This document shows, piece after piece, positions 35,949 to 50,019 of a stretch of DNA of 64,000 nucleotides. Source of the stretch: Lama guanicoe (taxonomy: Eukaryota); assembly GCA_013239625.1 (NCBI GenBank), contig MU054220.1, positions 1,603,509-1,667,508 of the forward strand, given 5' to 3'. The translations under genes were made by a program, and so were the position numbers. The notes beneath the pieces are model-generated. The model searched no databases. It saw nothing but the letters and a program-made list of their open reading frames with translations, and was not told the DNA's origin. The stretch's first letter is position 1. Each line of letters starts with the position of its first letter.

Positions 35949-38339
35949 ATATCAGAATTTATTTTAACTTGTAAATTAGGAAAAAAAAAATAAGAGAGAG
36001 ACCCAAAACATAGTTTGGATTGGAATAAGACCTTCATTCTGAAAACAGCTAAGGGCCAGTAAAGGTTAGGTTTATTCACACAGATGCGGAATAATCCTTC
36101 TTGCTTGTTCAATTGCAGAATGTAAATGATAAATTAAGCCTCATGGCTGCTGTTGATCTGATAAGAATATGACCTAGTAAAATTTTCACAGTATCTTTGT
36201 TATTTCCTGTGGCAGAGGGATTCTTGGTGTAAATGATTGAAATTATTGGGAGGTTCCTAGATTGAAATAGCATCGCAGACCTTTCTTCAAGTACCAGCCT
36301 GTGCGTTTCTGTTTTTTGTCTGGAGCATGTGAACACAGTGCATGTGTGTGAGATAACTGGGCTTTCACTAATGGCCCCCTTTCAGCAGCCATGTATGGGT
36401 AAAGCTGTTCAGGTCTCTGCTCCTCCTTCTCTGAGCATGGAGCAGGATCTGTTCTGCTGAAGCTGCTGTTCCACTTTTCAGCTTTCTATATTTGTACAGC
36501 AACAGCAGGAGCAGCCCACTAGCTTGGCTGGGTGGCTGCCCCGTGTACCCAGGCCAGCTCAGGCCTGCTCAGGGCTCAGCCAGGGGTTGCAGTTTTGTGT
36601 TCTTTACGTGCGTCCGTCTGTCTGTCTGTGTACATTTCTGTGGAGGACTGAGGCTTTCAAGTTAAAGAGGTGACCTGTTTGTCCTTTTTGTTTTGTTTTG
36701 TTAATTATAAACAACAGTGTTTCAGAATCTTGGGGATGGAGTGAGGAGACAAGATTTGTATTATTTAACAAAACATGGGGAGAGAATGCCAAACTGGTTA
36801 ATAGAGTATCAGAAATGATCTTGGGGTTCTCTTAGAAACTTATTAAAGTAGTAGTGTTTTTTTTTTCCTTTTGTTTTTCACTGATCACAAAGCTCAGTTC
36901 TTAGGGGTGGAAGTGAATTCCTTTCCTGGCACTCAAATTTGCTGATGTAAGATTTGAGTAGAAAAGGCTGAGACACTCTACCCTCTTAAGAAATGATCTC
37001 ATACACATCTTTTTTGGAAGAAGGTGCAGTAGGGGCTAAGCCTCTTCCCTTTGCCTTTTGCTGGGAAAGAAACTGTAGGAAATGCCCCTTTGCTTTGGGC
37101 TTTGCAGTGGCCTGTGCTGTTTGTGCTGATTCAGAGTGCTTTGTAAAGCTTAGCCTTGCAAAGGGCTTGTAATGTTTTTTGGTATCATGTCTATTTAAGG
37201 AATAGAACGGGTCATGACATGTTGACAGATTTCAGGCTATTTCCAAAGAATATTGGGTTTGTTGTGTATTTAAGTAAGGGGTACTTGTTTTGTTATGAGA
37301 TATTCTAATCAGACAGAAGTGAATTCCTCAACTCTTGGTCAACTTAAGTCTAAATTCAAGTTCATTTCTTTGTTTTACACTTTCCTTTTACTCCCCTCCC
37401 CCACCCCCCGTGAGTCATAAGCATGCAGAGTTGGGAATAGAACTTGTCAGCTGAGTAAGAATGAGACAGTTCTCTGCACATATTTGTAACTGTGGCTGAT
37501 GAGGAGAGTAAAGAACTTTCAAATGGTGGATAAATACATCCACTGAGGCAGCTTCTTCTGTGGCTATGTGGTCTGGTTGCAGAGTTCCATGTGACCATTT
37601 GCTGGTGTATTCTGCCTTTGAATCACCGAAGAGTCTTGTCCATTGTTGGCTTCAAGTTATGTGTTTGTTTAGGGCCTAGGACCTGGTGCTGAGTCTCTCA
37701 TGGATCCTGCATACTTAATGACTTTCTAAACTTCTGTTGTGTGTGGCATTAAATTGGCTTCACTTTCCCCATCTTGGCAAATTAGTGCCCCTCTCATTTT
37801 ACCATCCTACCAACGTTTTCTCATTTGTACCATGAATCGCTATATATCCTCTTTAGGGACTGTCATTGGAGAGTAAAATCAGTGGCAGCTCAACCTTAGT
37901 AAAGGACACCATGGTTAGCACATCTCTTTGTCAGCTTTCCTTTTGTTCTTGATCTTTTAAAAACATTTGTAATTTCCCTGGTCCCATTTTATTAGTTTGT
38001 ATTTTTTCATTGTATGCATTTTGAAAGCTTCTACAAATCCTTTTTGGAATGACGAGACTAATAAATAAATGTTTATAAATAAATAAGTGCTCTTACAACA
38101 AGTGGTTCACTATTTCGTAATGAAGGGTACACTTACACTGGACGTTAACAGACCCAGTTGGAGGTTGAAGATCTGTCAGCCCGTCGTTGCTCTCTTAACT
38201 TACATCCCTCCCTCCTTTTCTAATACGAAATATTTCTGTATAATCTTAGATTCTCTATTTTGAAGAGAATCATCTTGTGAAAGAAAACTTTTGGGGACTC
38301 ACCCTCTCCCACCATAGACACCAACCTTAGTGCCTGGAA

Positions 38340-38580
38340 TAACAATGATAGCAAAAATTTATCGAGCACCTTCTGTGTACCAGGCACTGTTTAAATGCTT
38401 TACATACATAAATCTTAAAATTCTATAAACACCTTCTAGAGTAGCTACAGTTACTATAACCATTTGTCAGATGAAGAAACAGGTGTAAAGAAGTTAAACA
38501 ATTTACCCAAAGCTAAACCTGGCTGGTAATCTCAAAACCGAAATTAGAAAGCAGTGGTGTGACTCCAGAGTCTGGACTGT
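38340..38580 (+). mobile_element. MIR SINE
   Basis: atttatcgagcacc...caggcactgtttaaatgctttaca...cagatgaagaaacagg...gactccagagtc. Confidence 0.72.
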
Positions 38581-41500
38581 AAGACATATTATAGGCTTAC
38601 AGTAAGTATTTGACTATTAATTTTATTAACATATTCTATATTTGGGGATTATTGAATCACAAGTCAGTCTAACTCAGTTTCATTTTAGAATTTCCTTCTG
38701 CAAATGACTACTGTATATGACTTTGGTTTTGCAGGGCACTGTCAGCTAATTCATTTATTGATGATAAAGAGCTGAAAGGCAAATAGGTCTACAGAGCATA
38801 CCCCAAATTAGTAGTTTATTTCTGGTAGTGCCAGACTGTTTATAGAAGATACGAAAGCAGAGTTAATTTTAGCTTCTTTAACTCTTGGTTTCCCTGCACT
38901 GCACATCTTTAGGAGATGCTCTCATGAGGGAGCATGGGAAGGGAGGATTAGCAGATTTTGCCTAATCCATTAGCTGTAATCTGTGTGGGTGTAACAGGAT
39001 AACAGGGAGATGTGTTCAAAAGAAATGATGTTGGGAGAATTATTGGTAGGCTGAGTAATTTCAGTGGAGGGTAGCAAAAATGTTATTTTGTCTAAAATAG
39101 TGAGATTAAATAGCACAAAAGTTTGGTTTAGACAGGGAAATAAGAATCAGCTCTCCTGAGGTAATTGTCACCCAAATTGATGACAGACTTTCCCTTTCTA
39201 TATATACTTTCCTTTGTATATATCCTGTTCTTTGTTTTGTTTTGTTTTTTGTTTTTTCTGTAAGTCATATCTTTTGAATAAATAAGAACAAGGATTGGGT
39301 CTTTTGTACTTTCTCTAGTTCTAGGTATAGAGTGGATGTTCACTATGTGCACTTTTGATGGATAGATCTCCCACTTTATAAAGAGCTTGTTTTTGTAAAA
39401 ATGAAATCAGAGCACTGACAAGTTTAATTTTGTGCAACAGTGTGTATTTTTTAAGGAGTGATTTGAAGGAGGTGACGGAGATCATGTAAATGGGTATTTA
39501 AATGTGAGAAGCACTTTTAGGAGCACAATTTGAGAGTGATGAAAGCATGATAATTGAAGTCATTTTTTTTAAAAAGTGACAGTATGAAAGAGATATTTAG
39601 AATTTGCCCCAAGGCTGTGTATCCTTTGGGATGAATCAAGCCATACTGAACATACACCTTGATTGGCTGAAACAAAGGTGTAAGGTTTTGTACTTTGTGG
39701 CATAAAACCTAACTAAGGAAGCATCTCCATGTAAAGAAGCAGTTTCTGGTTTTGTAGAATTACAACATGAAGAACAGAGAGAGATTGAGTAAAGTTTCCT
39801 GCATTTCAACAGAACAGGACAAACCCCCTGAGACAAGACCATATGGAAGCATCTTGCTTGAGTGCCCATGTGTTTGGGATGAGGTTGAGGCAGATGGTAC
39901 AGGCAGGGTTCCTGGCTGCTTGGTCAGGGATTTTGGAGATGGTAGAAGTTAGATGCTGGGTACTGTGGTAGAGTTGTATGTTGCGTATATGGGGCATGTT
40001 GGCCTGAGAGTTCAAATGAGCACAGTGAGAGGATATTGATGTATTTGGTAGTGTGGGGATAAGATAAGAAAAGAGGTGGGGATATACTGACTTGGAATGA
40101 TACCTACAATTTGATCTTAACCTCCCTCTGAGATTAGGGAGGGAGAGACAAGATATAGTGAGAAACAAGATTCCAGATACCTGGCCTCTTCTGTTCTTTA
40201 GAGCCTTCAAGTAAGGTAGTGCAGGACTGTAGGATTTTTCTTCCTAAGCTTGAAGCTGTTTTGATTCCTTTTTGAGATACTAGGCCAAAAGCTGTATTTA
40301 TAGAACTTGTTTTGACATATTATCTCACCCTGTCCCTTGCCTTCCTTACTGGAATCCAGCTAATGTTGCACTTTGCCTGGCAGGAAAGGTTGATTGAAGA
40401 AAATGTACGTGTATATACAGCTGAGTGATTGAAAATAGCTCCAAACTTTGTAAACAGGCCAGCTATAAGGTTTGCAGTCCAAGCTGTATGAACATAAGTT
40501 GAGTTGCTGTGATAATTTCAAATGGGATAATATAGTTACTCAGCTCACATGTGGTAGGTATACTGCTGGTTCACCTGGACATTAGCTGTTTCCACACAAA
40601 AATATCTGGCAAAAGCAGGGAAAAAACACAAAAGCAAAGTGCTTATTTGGTAACAGAGCATTAGTTGGGATTTTTCTTTACTTTGTCCCTCGTTGTTTTA
40701 AGAATTTTCTTTAAAAAAAATTCAGTGGAATAGGTAACGTATGTAAACAATTCAGTCATAGGTAACATATGTAAACAATTCAGTCATTATTTTACTTCTA
40801 CAACTTTATTAGCAGTTTCTCTTTATCCTTCCTGAGATACTCTATGTACAAGCCATGTGTAAATTCTTTCTTCAAATATATCTTCCTGATCAGTCCTTAG
40901 TGGTACATTGGAACAGCCTAATTCTCTTTAATAGCTACAGTATTCTGTTGTGTCTCTGGTTTATTTAACCAGCACCCAGCTAATGGGTGTATATGTTTCC
41001 AGTTTTTGCTGTTATAAACAATGTTGCTATGAATGCCCCTTTGCATACTTTGTGTACATCAGGTATAAGTTTATTTGGAGGTTGTATTTCTGTTACTGGA
41101 ATTGCTGAATTCCTGGATTCAAAGGGCATGTGCAGTTTTCATATTGGTAAGATACTTAAGATTCCCTTTTTATATTTTGCAAGTGATATTATTTACTGAA
41201 GAGTATTATTAGTGGACAGAAAGATCTTAATGCAATTCAGTCATTGTACCATTCCACACAGTTACTGGAAGGAACATGTGGTCTCAAAGGGAATATTGAA
41301 GAAACCTCTTGAGATAAGCTTAATTATCAAACCCAGCAACCATTATTGCTGGAGAAGAGGCGCGTTGCCTAGAGTAGGCAGGAGTAGCCCCTCCTTTTTT
41401 ATTTTTAGGGAATATGGTGATGGTACTGAATCTGCAAGTCAGATATATTTCTTTTACTCTCAAAATGTTAGTTTCACCCATTTATTCTCTCTGCCTTAGA

Positions 41501-44500
41501 AAAAATTTGTGGTCAATGGCTCATTCAATCCTTTTCTCTTAAAGCTACTCAAATGGATATCATGAGACCATTTAGTCATCACAGTCAGTCTGCAAATTCC
41601 AAGTAGTTGTCATCCCTAAAGTTTAATAATCACCTTAGAAAGTAAATCAAAGTTATATTTTGAATCCCCCCTCCAAAAAAAAGAGCATTTTATAGTCTGG
41701 TTTATTTTACCAAATAGAGTGCTGTGACTCCAGAAAGTACAAGTGTTGCGACTCCAGAAAGTACAAGTGTTGCATACTGATTGTGGAACCTAGGTCACTC
41801 AGTCTCTTTACTTTAGTTCCCTCATCTGGAAAATGGGAATGAAAATGCTGAAGAATCTCCTTTGAGCTTTTAGAAGAATAATTATAAAGTCATTTCCAGA
41901 AGGTTAGGTATTATAGAAATGACTCCTCAGAGACATCAAGATTATAAGGTAATTTAAAAAGTAACTCTGACAGTGTTTTAGAAAAAAAATTAGTCACATT
42001 CTGCCTACATGATACTAACATATGGTGCAGCCCTGATGAGCTGCACAAGTGGGCTGAAATCAAAATGCAGTTGGAGAGAGGAGCAGTAGTGACTCACTAG
42101 ATGAGACAGATTTGGCCTTATGGCAGGGCAGTGAAACTAAGGCGGAACCAGTGGTCGTTCAACATGCCAAATTGATACATGAATATTATGGGAAAGCAGA
42201 ATGATTGAGCCCTTGTGTTTGGATTAGGTACTTTGTCAGTATTTCAGTGCCTATAGCCCTCTGTGTCTTGAGAGCCCCCACTTTTCCACAGAGTGGGGAG
42301 GGAACCTTTGTTGCCTCTGACTTTTGTGCATGGTTCCCTGTGTTTTTGAAGGTAGAAGCCATAAGGCAAATATTTAACATTGATATGTCTGGAACATTGG
42401 GTTCAAATTAGAAGGATACATAGAAGAGTTAGCAGTTCTGCCCAGAGAAATCTGCACATTAGCTTAGCTACTATATGTAAATTGCTCCTGCTACATCCAG
42501 CAATTTAGCCCAGTACTGACATTGCTGCCAAGGAAACAGGAGGAGCTAAAGACAGAATGAGATTCCTACTCCTCCTACCCCCACCCAAATAGAGAGCTCT
42601 ATGGGGAGGAGAAAGGGAATATTTAATAGGCATTTTGGGAGGAAGTAGGGAAAGTTTTTTTTTTTTAATGTATTTTGCATTCCCTGTCTGCCTCACCTGA
42701 GCACCTCCAAAATGGGATACCTCTCAGGTGAGATGACCTCTGGTTTAGATGTTTATATATAGTCATATGGAAAGATTATAAAACTTAGCAGGAGATGAGA
42801 TGGCAGATCAGGGAAAGGAAAAAGAGCAAAGAGCCCAACTCATCTACTACCATTAAACTCTATGAGCCATTTTTAAAAAAAAAGAAATTTCAGAGGATTT
42901 AATAATTATGTTGGCTTTGTCAAATAAATATTATATTCATTGGTTGTGACATACAGATAAGGATCTTATTGTCAAAGTCAGGCTTTAGGCCAGTTCTGAC
43001 TCTGATTCTTAAGTATATGTGGCTTACAAAAAAATGTTTATAATAGTTATATGTGAAAAAAGTAGGTTGTGTAATAGTATATACAATGTAATATTTAATT
43101 TGATAATAATTTTGTGTATTTGTATGCATCTTAATATATGGATAAAAAAAAATCTTGGAAATAAACCAGAACGTAGTATTATGAAAAAATGAATAAATAG
43201 AAACAGTTTTTAAATTGAGGAAGTAAAAAAATTAAAGGGGAATTCTCAATACTACTGTAAACGGGAGGCTGCTCATAATGTTGCTTTTACATAAATACCC
43301 ACAATTTAAAGGGAAACACATCTTTTACTAAAAAGTGTAAATATTTATGTGTAGATATGTCTCAGTTTAAGAAAATGTTAATGGAAAAATGAATAAATTA
43401 GAGTAGATAAACTAAGGAATTCATTTCAGCAGTTGAAGATCTGATCCGTGTTATTTTTTATTCCAGGTGTCCTGGTGATACATAGAAAAGAGGAGGAGGA
43501 ACTCTTTATTTGTTCACAAAATGGCAGCATTTGAAATATATTTCATTAACAAAAATTTAGAAATGAGGTTTACACATAGTTTCTCTCTGGTGTATCTCAT
43601 ATGTGGCAGGGACTAAACTAGACCTTGGATAACTATTTAAAATCAGTTTGGAGAAAATAAAATTGTGCTTTTAGATGACTTAGTCTGGATTTTTCTAGTT
43701 CAACCTCTAGTTTTATAGATGAGGAAACTGAGGCCCAGAAAAAGTGATTCACTCAAGATCACACATGGCTTCATATCTGGCCTTTGTCTAACATAGTGTC
43801 CATTTTGTTACTTTACAGAACAGAGAGTCAAAGAGGACCATTCTAACAGTGGTCATGAGCCCCTTAGAGAATCTGGTAAAACCTATTGATTCTCTCTTCA
43901 GAAAACCTCACAAGTCCATCTTCACACAGTTTAGCAAAAAAAAAAAAATAGATACAGGGTTTATAGACTTAATCCCCTTTCCCCAGAGCCCATCTGTGGA
44001 TTCTGAAGAGATCTAAGGGTCTCAGATTAAGAATCTTGATGGAAAAGGAGAGTTTTAAAAAATTGTTGCCATGTTGCATAACAGCATTAACACAGCTGAA
44101 CTGTATACTTAAAAATGGCTAAGATTTTATGTATGTATTTTTTACCACAGATCTATTTAAAGCTGGGAAAAAATTGTTGCCTTTGAACAAAGGATGAGCA
44201 TAGTGGCCAGTGGAGAAGGAGATGAGGTTGAGATCTGTTTATAAACTTCTCTGCTAGGGTCAGGAAGAGGACACACGTAGATGACTCAGTCAAGAGTCAG
44301 CAGCCCCAAACTTACGTCTGAATCATGGAACTAGTAGCCATAGAGCAAGTGTCACGGTGTGAGGGGGGCGATTTTTATCCACCCCATAGAGAAAGTGTTA
44401 AGTTTTATCCCTGCTGACTTAAGACAAGCCGGAACTAAGCTTGATGTAGTATAGGACCCATACTGTGCAACATGCCGCAACTTACTATGATGGAAGGAGA

Positions 44501-46599
44501 TTCTCTGGGAGTGATGGGACTAGAGAAAGGGAATTTCCCGTGTGCTTCAGTGTATCTGTTTAATCCACCTAATCACCCCCACCGTACAGATGAGCAAAGC
44601 AGTTATTGGTTAAATAGTTTCTCAGTATTGGGTCCACCTATCTGTTGCTGAGCACTTATTTCATTTGATGCTCTAGTCTTTGAGGTAGATTCTACCCACT
44701 GTTAGTTGTCACGTGTGTGCCCAGGATCCTCGGTTAGAAGCTGGTGTCAACTGCTGTTCCTCTGCTCTGCAGATTCCCAAGGAAAATAGGTAGATTGACT
44801 AACACAAGCAAACTCAACTGTATTAACTCTAATCCCTGGTGGAGATTTGCATCGTGATGAGCTTGGCTAGCCAGGAAAGCTTCCAAAGTTGATCCTTTTA
44901 TCTGGTTACTTGGCTTTCTAGGGAATTGGGGAGGGAGGACATGCAATTTTCCAAAACAGTAAGCCCAGTCTTTTTACTGAGCCAGCCATATAATAGAAGG
45001 AAAAAGAAAGAAGTGAGGGCATTGCAGGCAATCTAATAGGTAACAAACATTTTTTAAAAGCACAGTTTTCTCAAGTCATTTCTATTACTTTCCTCTTCCA
45101 GTGAGACATTTGTATAGTGGCTTATTTGTATTCTGGGCATCCATTTGCTTCCTTTTGAGGTATGTATGGAAAGTCCTCTTTTACAGGTGAGGGAATTGAC
45201 ACTGTAGAGATGTTAATTAACTTGAGCGGAGTCACACGTCTGCTGAGTTATTCAGTGGAAGGTTTTCACTACCCTTAATCATCTCTTTTTCATGGCAGTT
45301 GAGACTTTGGACATTCGCTTACTTACAAGATTTGCCTTAGAAAAATGGTCAGACTCTACACTTTGGCCCTTAGCATTTAGACAGTTTTCCTGTGGTTTGT
45401 GTGGATGAATTTTCCCTGTAGACACTTTTTAACATGATGTTCTACAGGACCCAAACTGTTCAGTAGAGAACAACTTACTACAGTGGAAGGAGATCCTCTG
45501 GGAATGGTGGGACCAGAAGGAGGGCTTTTATGATATGCTTCAGTGTATCTGTCAGCCTTTGACCCAGGGGTCCAACTGCCTGGCTTTATATTCCAACTCC
45601 TTCATTTCCTGGATTCTTGTGATCTTGAGAGTTACTTCATTTCTTTGTGTCTATTAGATGGAGATAGAATAGGTAGGAGGATTACATGTAAAGGGCTGAA
45701 AACACTGCATGGCGTACAGTAAATGATCAAAACATGTTAGCTTGTATAATTATAGTTACTTTGTAAATGTCTGGACATTTCTCCCTACTTTCAAGTGATA
45801 AGGTTTACAAATTTTAAACACCATATTCTATCAATTCAAGGATGCACAAATTTGTTACCATTGATGGCATTTCTTAAATTTTTTGATTTGTGATAACCTG
45901 TTAGATTCGAAGAGTTAGGAAAATCTGCTGTTGAAAAAACTTTTTACCTCAAAGCTGGATATAAAATCAGTGAATTATCTAGACCTATTCTCAAATTTCC
46001 CAGAAGACCTAGGGTTACCCTGAGAGGCAAACAGGTGGGACCTAACTTGCCCTTTTCTACCTTCAACCTGGAAGCTTTATGTTTATGGGGAAAAGAGTGC
46101 ATTTAAAAACATTTCAGAAACCTCTAATCTGGATAGTTGTTCAGTTCTTCATTAGCTCCCTGCTTTATATCAAGGTATTACTGAGAGCACTTACTAACAG
46201 TGAGTCATACCAATGAGATTCGGGCCTCATGTAGGTCATTGAGCATTACTGTGCCTGCTACCAGCTCCTGTATACTATATAAGAGCAGTTGATGGTGATT
46301 GAATCAGTGACCATCTTCCTGTGAAGGACAGTGTTTTGTTATTTACTTAGCATACAGGCCAGCAGAAAACTCTTGAGAGGTAAAAAAAGATTCATTACTT
46401 TGCCTACACTAAGGAAGACATGTAAGAGATCTGAGACTTTTCCTATCAGTCCTGAGAGATGATACTGTTCATTTACTCTTGCATGCTTAAAATATGTAAA
46501 GATCATATGTAAGTTCCAAGATATAGTCCAAAACCAAGTATAAATTATTTCCAGATTATTTACTTTTCCTTGAGGAAATTGTGGGATAGGCACTTTGCC

Positions 46600-46720
46600 T
46601 TTTTTGGGGTTGGGGGGAGGTAATGAAATTTGTTTATTTTTAGAGATGGTACTGGGAATTGAACCCAGGACTTTGTGCATGCTAAGCATGTGCTCTACCA
46701 CCTGAGCTATACCCTCCCCC
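46600..46720 (-). mobile_element. vic-1-like SINE
   Basis: ggtactgggaattgaacccaggac...gctaagcatgtgctctaccacctgagctataccctccccc. Imperfect TSD ggca(c/g)ttt(g/t)ccttt. Confidence 0.9.
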
Positions 46721-49700
46721 GGCAGTTTTCCTTTTATTGTCCCTGTACTGTTGACTTGCCAAGTACAATTTTAGTACTTCGTAAACCATGTTTTGAGCAT
46801 ATCAGAAGCAGATAATAATCCTGCTTGTTTCCCTTAGTGCTAGCTTCACCTTCATCCTTCTCTATTGCCTTGCCTCTATCCCACCCACCTTTTTGATGTT
46901 CCCCTTTTTCCTCCTTAACTCTTTTCACCCCTCTTTGCAGCTACCTTTATTCCTCATATGGTGATTAAGAATGTGACGATAACAGAAACAGACTGTGGAG
47001 CTCCAAGGAAGTACGAGACAAACATAGTTCAGGCCTCCTCACAGAACTTACGCATTTTGTTTGGTTCCCCACAGAAATGAAAGATGTAAAAACAAAAACA
47101 AACAAACAAAAAAACCCTCAAATCTAAAGCTTTTAGTTTCTATTCAGCTTTTCTCTCTGCCCAAAGCATTTTTGTTTTCTTACAGACAAGGCAACAGAAA
47201 GCAGAAAAAACAAAACTGGAAAGACAAAGCTTTTAAAGAAAATACCTTCTTATGTGTTAGAATTCCCACTGTCCTCCTTCAAGTGACTAGGCCTGTGTGG
47301 AGGAAGACAGTATTCATCCTGTTTTTGTATGGTTAAGTTTTCCTTTAAAAAGTCTTTGGGTGACTTAGTAGGGTAATTAATATCCTACTTATGTGTTAGG
47401 TTTTTTTAAGAAAGAATTCATTTTTCTCATTCTCTTGGCCAGGCAATTAGGGTGTTCTTTAGCCCCCATAGGGCTGCTGTGTTCTCTGGGGCCTAGATGT
47501 GTATTCCTCATACTTTACTGTAACAGCCCTTCTTTAACGGCCCCAAACCTCCCTTTTGCTCTTTGTATCATGGAGATTCCCCAGCTAGCCTGCAGTGAGT
47601 CTGTTCTCACATGGTCACACAACAGCGGTGTTTCTCAACTAACTGTTCCATGCATGTTACATGTAACATATGGGGAAACATGGCTCTCTGGTCTTTTAGT
47701 TGCCTATTACATCTTCCAAAATAAAACTAACAAGTAGACATTTAACTTGTTCTCTATCCTCCAAGGTAACAGCTACTCCAGAGCCCTCTTTAGACACACT
47801 GTCTCAATAAAGGTTTGTACCTCCTAGATGGTCACCTTTCTCAAGAGAGACAGACCATGGGCTGTGGGGTTAGAATCCTGCATGCAGATTATTTTAGCAT
47901 CTAAATTCTTAGAGTAGTCTCTATCTTAAGTAGTGATAATGATGAGGTGTTGTGAACCTAGAAAATACAAGTTCCTTTTCCTCTTAGTAACTTTTGATGA
48001 TGTAGACAGGTCCAAGAAAGTGCTTTTAGAAGTTTTCTTTTGTTAGTGTAAACTTTGCTTTAAAATGATTGGAGGTATCCCTGCTTCCTTAGCAAAATTG
48101 GAAACAAGTTAGGTCCATATGGAAAGTCAAATTAAGTATATAAGCACCCATTTTATGCCAGTCAACCTCTGTGTTCAGGGAGGGTGATAGAGTGTAGTGT
48201 CTCACAGTGAGTTCTGGTTCTGGTTCTGTCTTTCAGAACTCTTCTTACACTTTTTAGTGCAGACATTGTCCTTGGTGACTTTCAGCAGTCCTCTGTAGCC
48301 AGGGCCAGACAGAAGTACAGCTGGCAGGAGTTCTAGATGGAAGTTTGTAGGAATTTTGGGCAGCTCTTACAGAATCAATCTTTACTTGCAAGATTGTTTG
48401 ATAATGTTTAAAAATAAAGCAAATTGGTTTTGTGGTTCCTGTGTTTGCTTTTACCTGCAATTAACTTCCCCATCTTCTGATTTTTTTTTTTGGTTATAGT
48501 GGTTCACCACCGTCCTGGGGCCACCAAGATGCATTTACAAGGGCAGGAACTTGGTTGCCTTTGAAGAGTTTTATGCCTGGCACCAGCCTATTCAGGAAGG
48601 TTGCTTTGGGGAAATAGCATGGCCTCTACACATTAATAATGTGATCTTTAATTGCTAAAAGAATTATACAGCTTTTAGCTTTTTTGTAGTTTCCCAACCA
48701 AAAGCAGATGCTAAAAAAGATTGTTTTGGTGACTTAAATGTACTACAACTCATCCTCATAAATCCTAGTCATTGTTTTGCTATTTGTTGTGACATTTGGG
48801 GGCAACCTTTTTTTTTTTTAAGCTTTTAGTACTTTAGTTACCCATCTTTTGAGTTGATGGTGTTTTTAAATTACTTTGAGATGTTAAGTGTAATTTATCT
48901 GTAAGGTATTGTGTACTTTGAAAATGGGAGAGGGAGAGTTTGTTTTTATCTTCAGTCTTGGTGACGAAGGGTCTTTTTTTTTGAAAGAAGCTGTGTATCT
49001 GGAATTACAAGAAGTGTAGGCATGGCCCACTTATTTTTCTTTCCTTGGTTTTTTTAGAGTGAAGACATAGTCCAGAGAGGGAGGTGGAAGCTGCAGGTAT
49101 GGGCTAACTGCTGGATGGGTGTGCTCTGTGGGCATCTTTTTAACCTTCTTGCATGAGGCCTGTTGTGCAGATGCGAAAAAAATTGCCTTCAGAAAGGTGA
49201 TGGCTTTTTTCTTGCATTATGGGATTATATTATGGGATTTAATTTCCTGTTCCTAGGAAGCTAGAAAATTTTCATTTGTTTGTTTTTTCCTCTTTCCCAA
49301 CTCTTTCTTCTTAGCTATTTCCTAAGGCAGGCTTACTTCCCATTTGAACTAGCTGCTGGGTAGTTCTAACAGCTGGGGCTGGGCATGGAGTGGAGAAGGT
49401 GGGGGATGGGAGGACGTCTCTCTCCCTTTCTTCCTTTCTCTCTCTCCACACCTCCCCCCAGTCTACACATATCAGCTACCCAGCTAGCATTCTTTTCCCT
49501 TTCCACTTAATAGCTGGAAGACCGCCAACTAAACTAGAACAAGGATGAGGACAGAACTTAGTGGATTCCACGCAGGTAATATTACCCTCCTGGAACCAGA
49601 ATTTGTTCAACATACTGATTTTTAAGTCAGCACTGGAGTCTTAATAAGTATATTGTTATCAACTGAGAATAACACTTAAGTTCCAGAATTAGTTTGGGAT

Positions 49701-49934
49701 CTGGAAATATGACCTGATTTGAAGGGTGGTCATAATTTGACAGAACAGTTTATTAGGTCAGGGTTAGTCCCAGAAACTCCAGGGGAGTCTCTGAGCTTAC
49801 ACTTTTCCTGAGAGCACTGAGCACAAAGTTCTTTCAGCTAGTCCTTTGACACTGGGGAGGAGATAGTAGTGATTAAGGATGGGGGAGGAAATGGAAAACT
49901 TTTTTTTTTTTTTTTAAGATAGCTGTTGAACTTT

Positions 49935-50019
49935 ATTTCATTTTGTGGGGAGGGGAGGTAATTAGGTTTACTACTACTACTACTACTACTGCTGCTGCTG
50001 CTACTACTACTACTACTAC

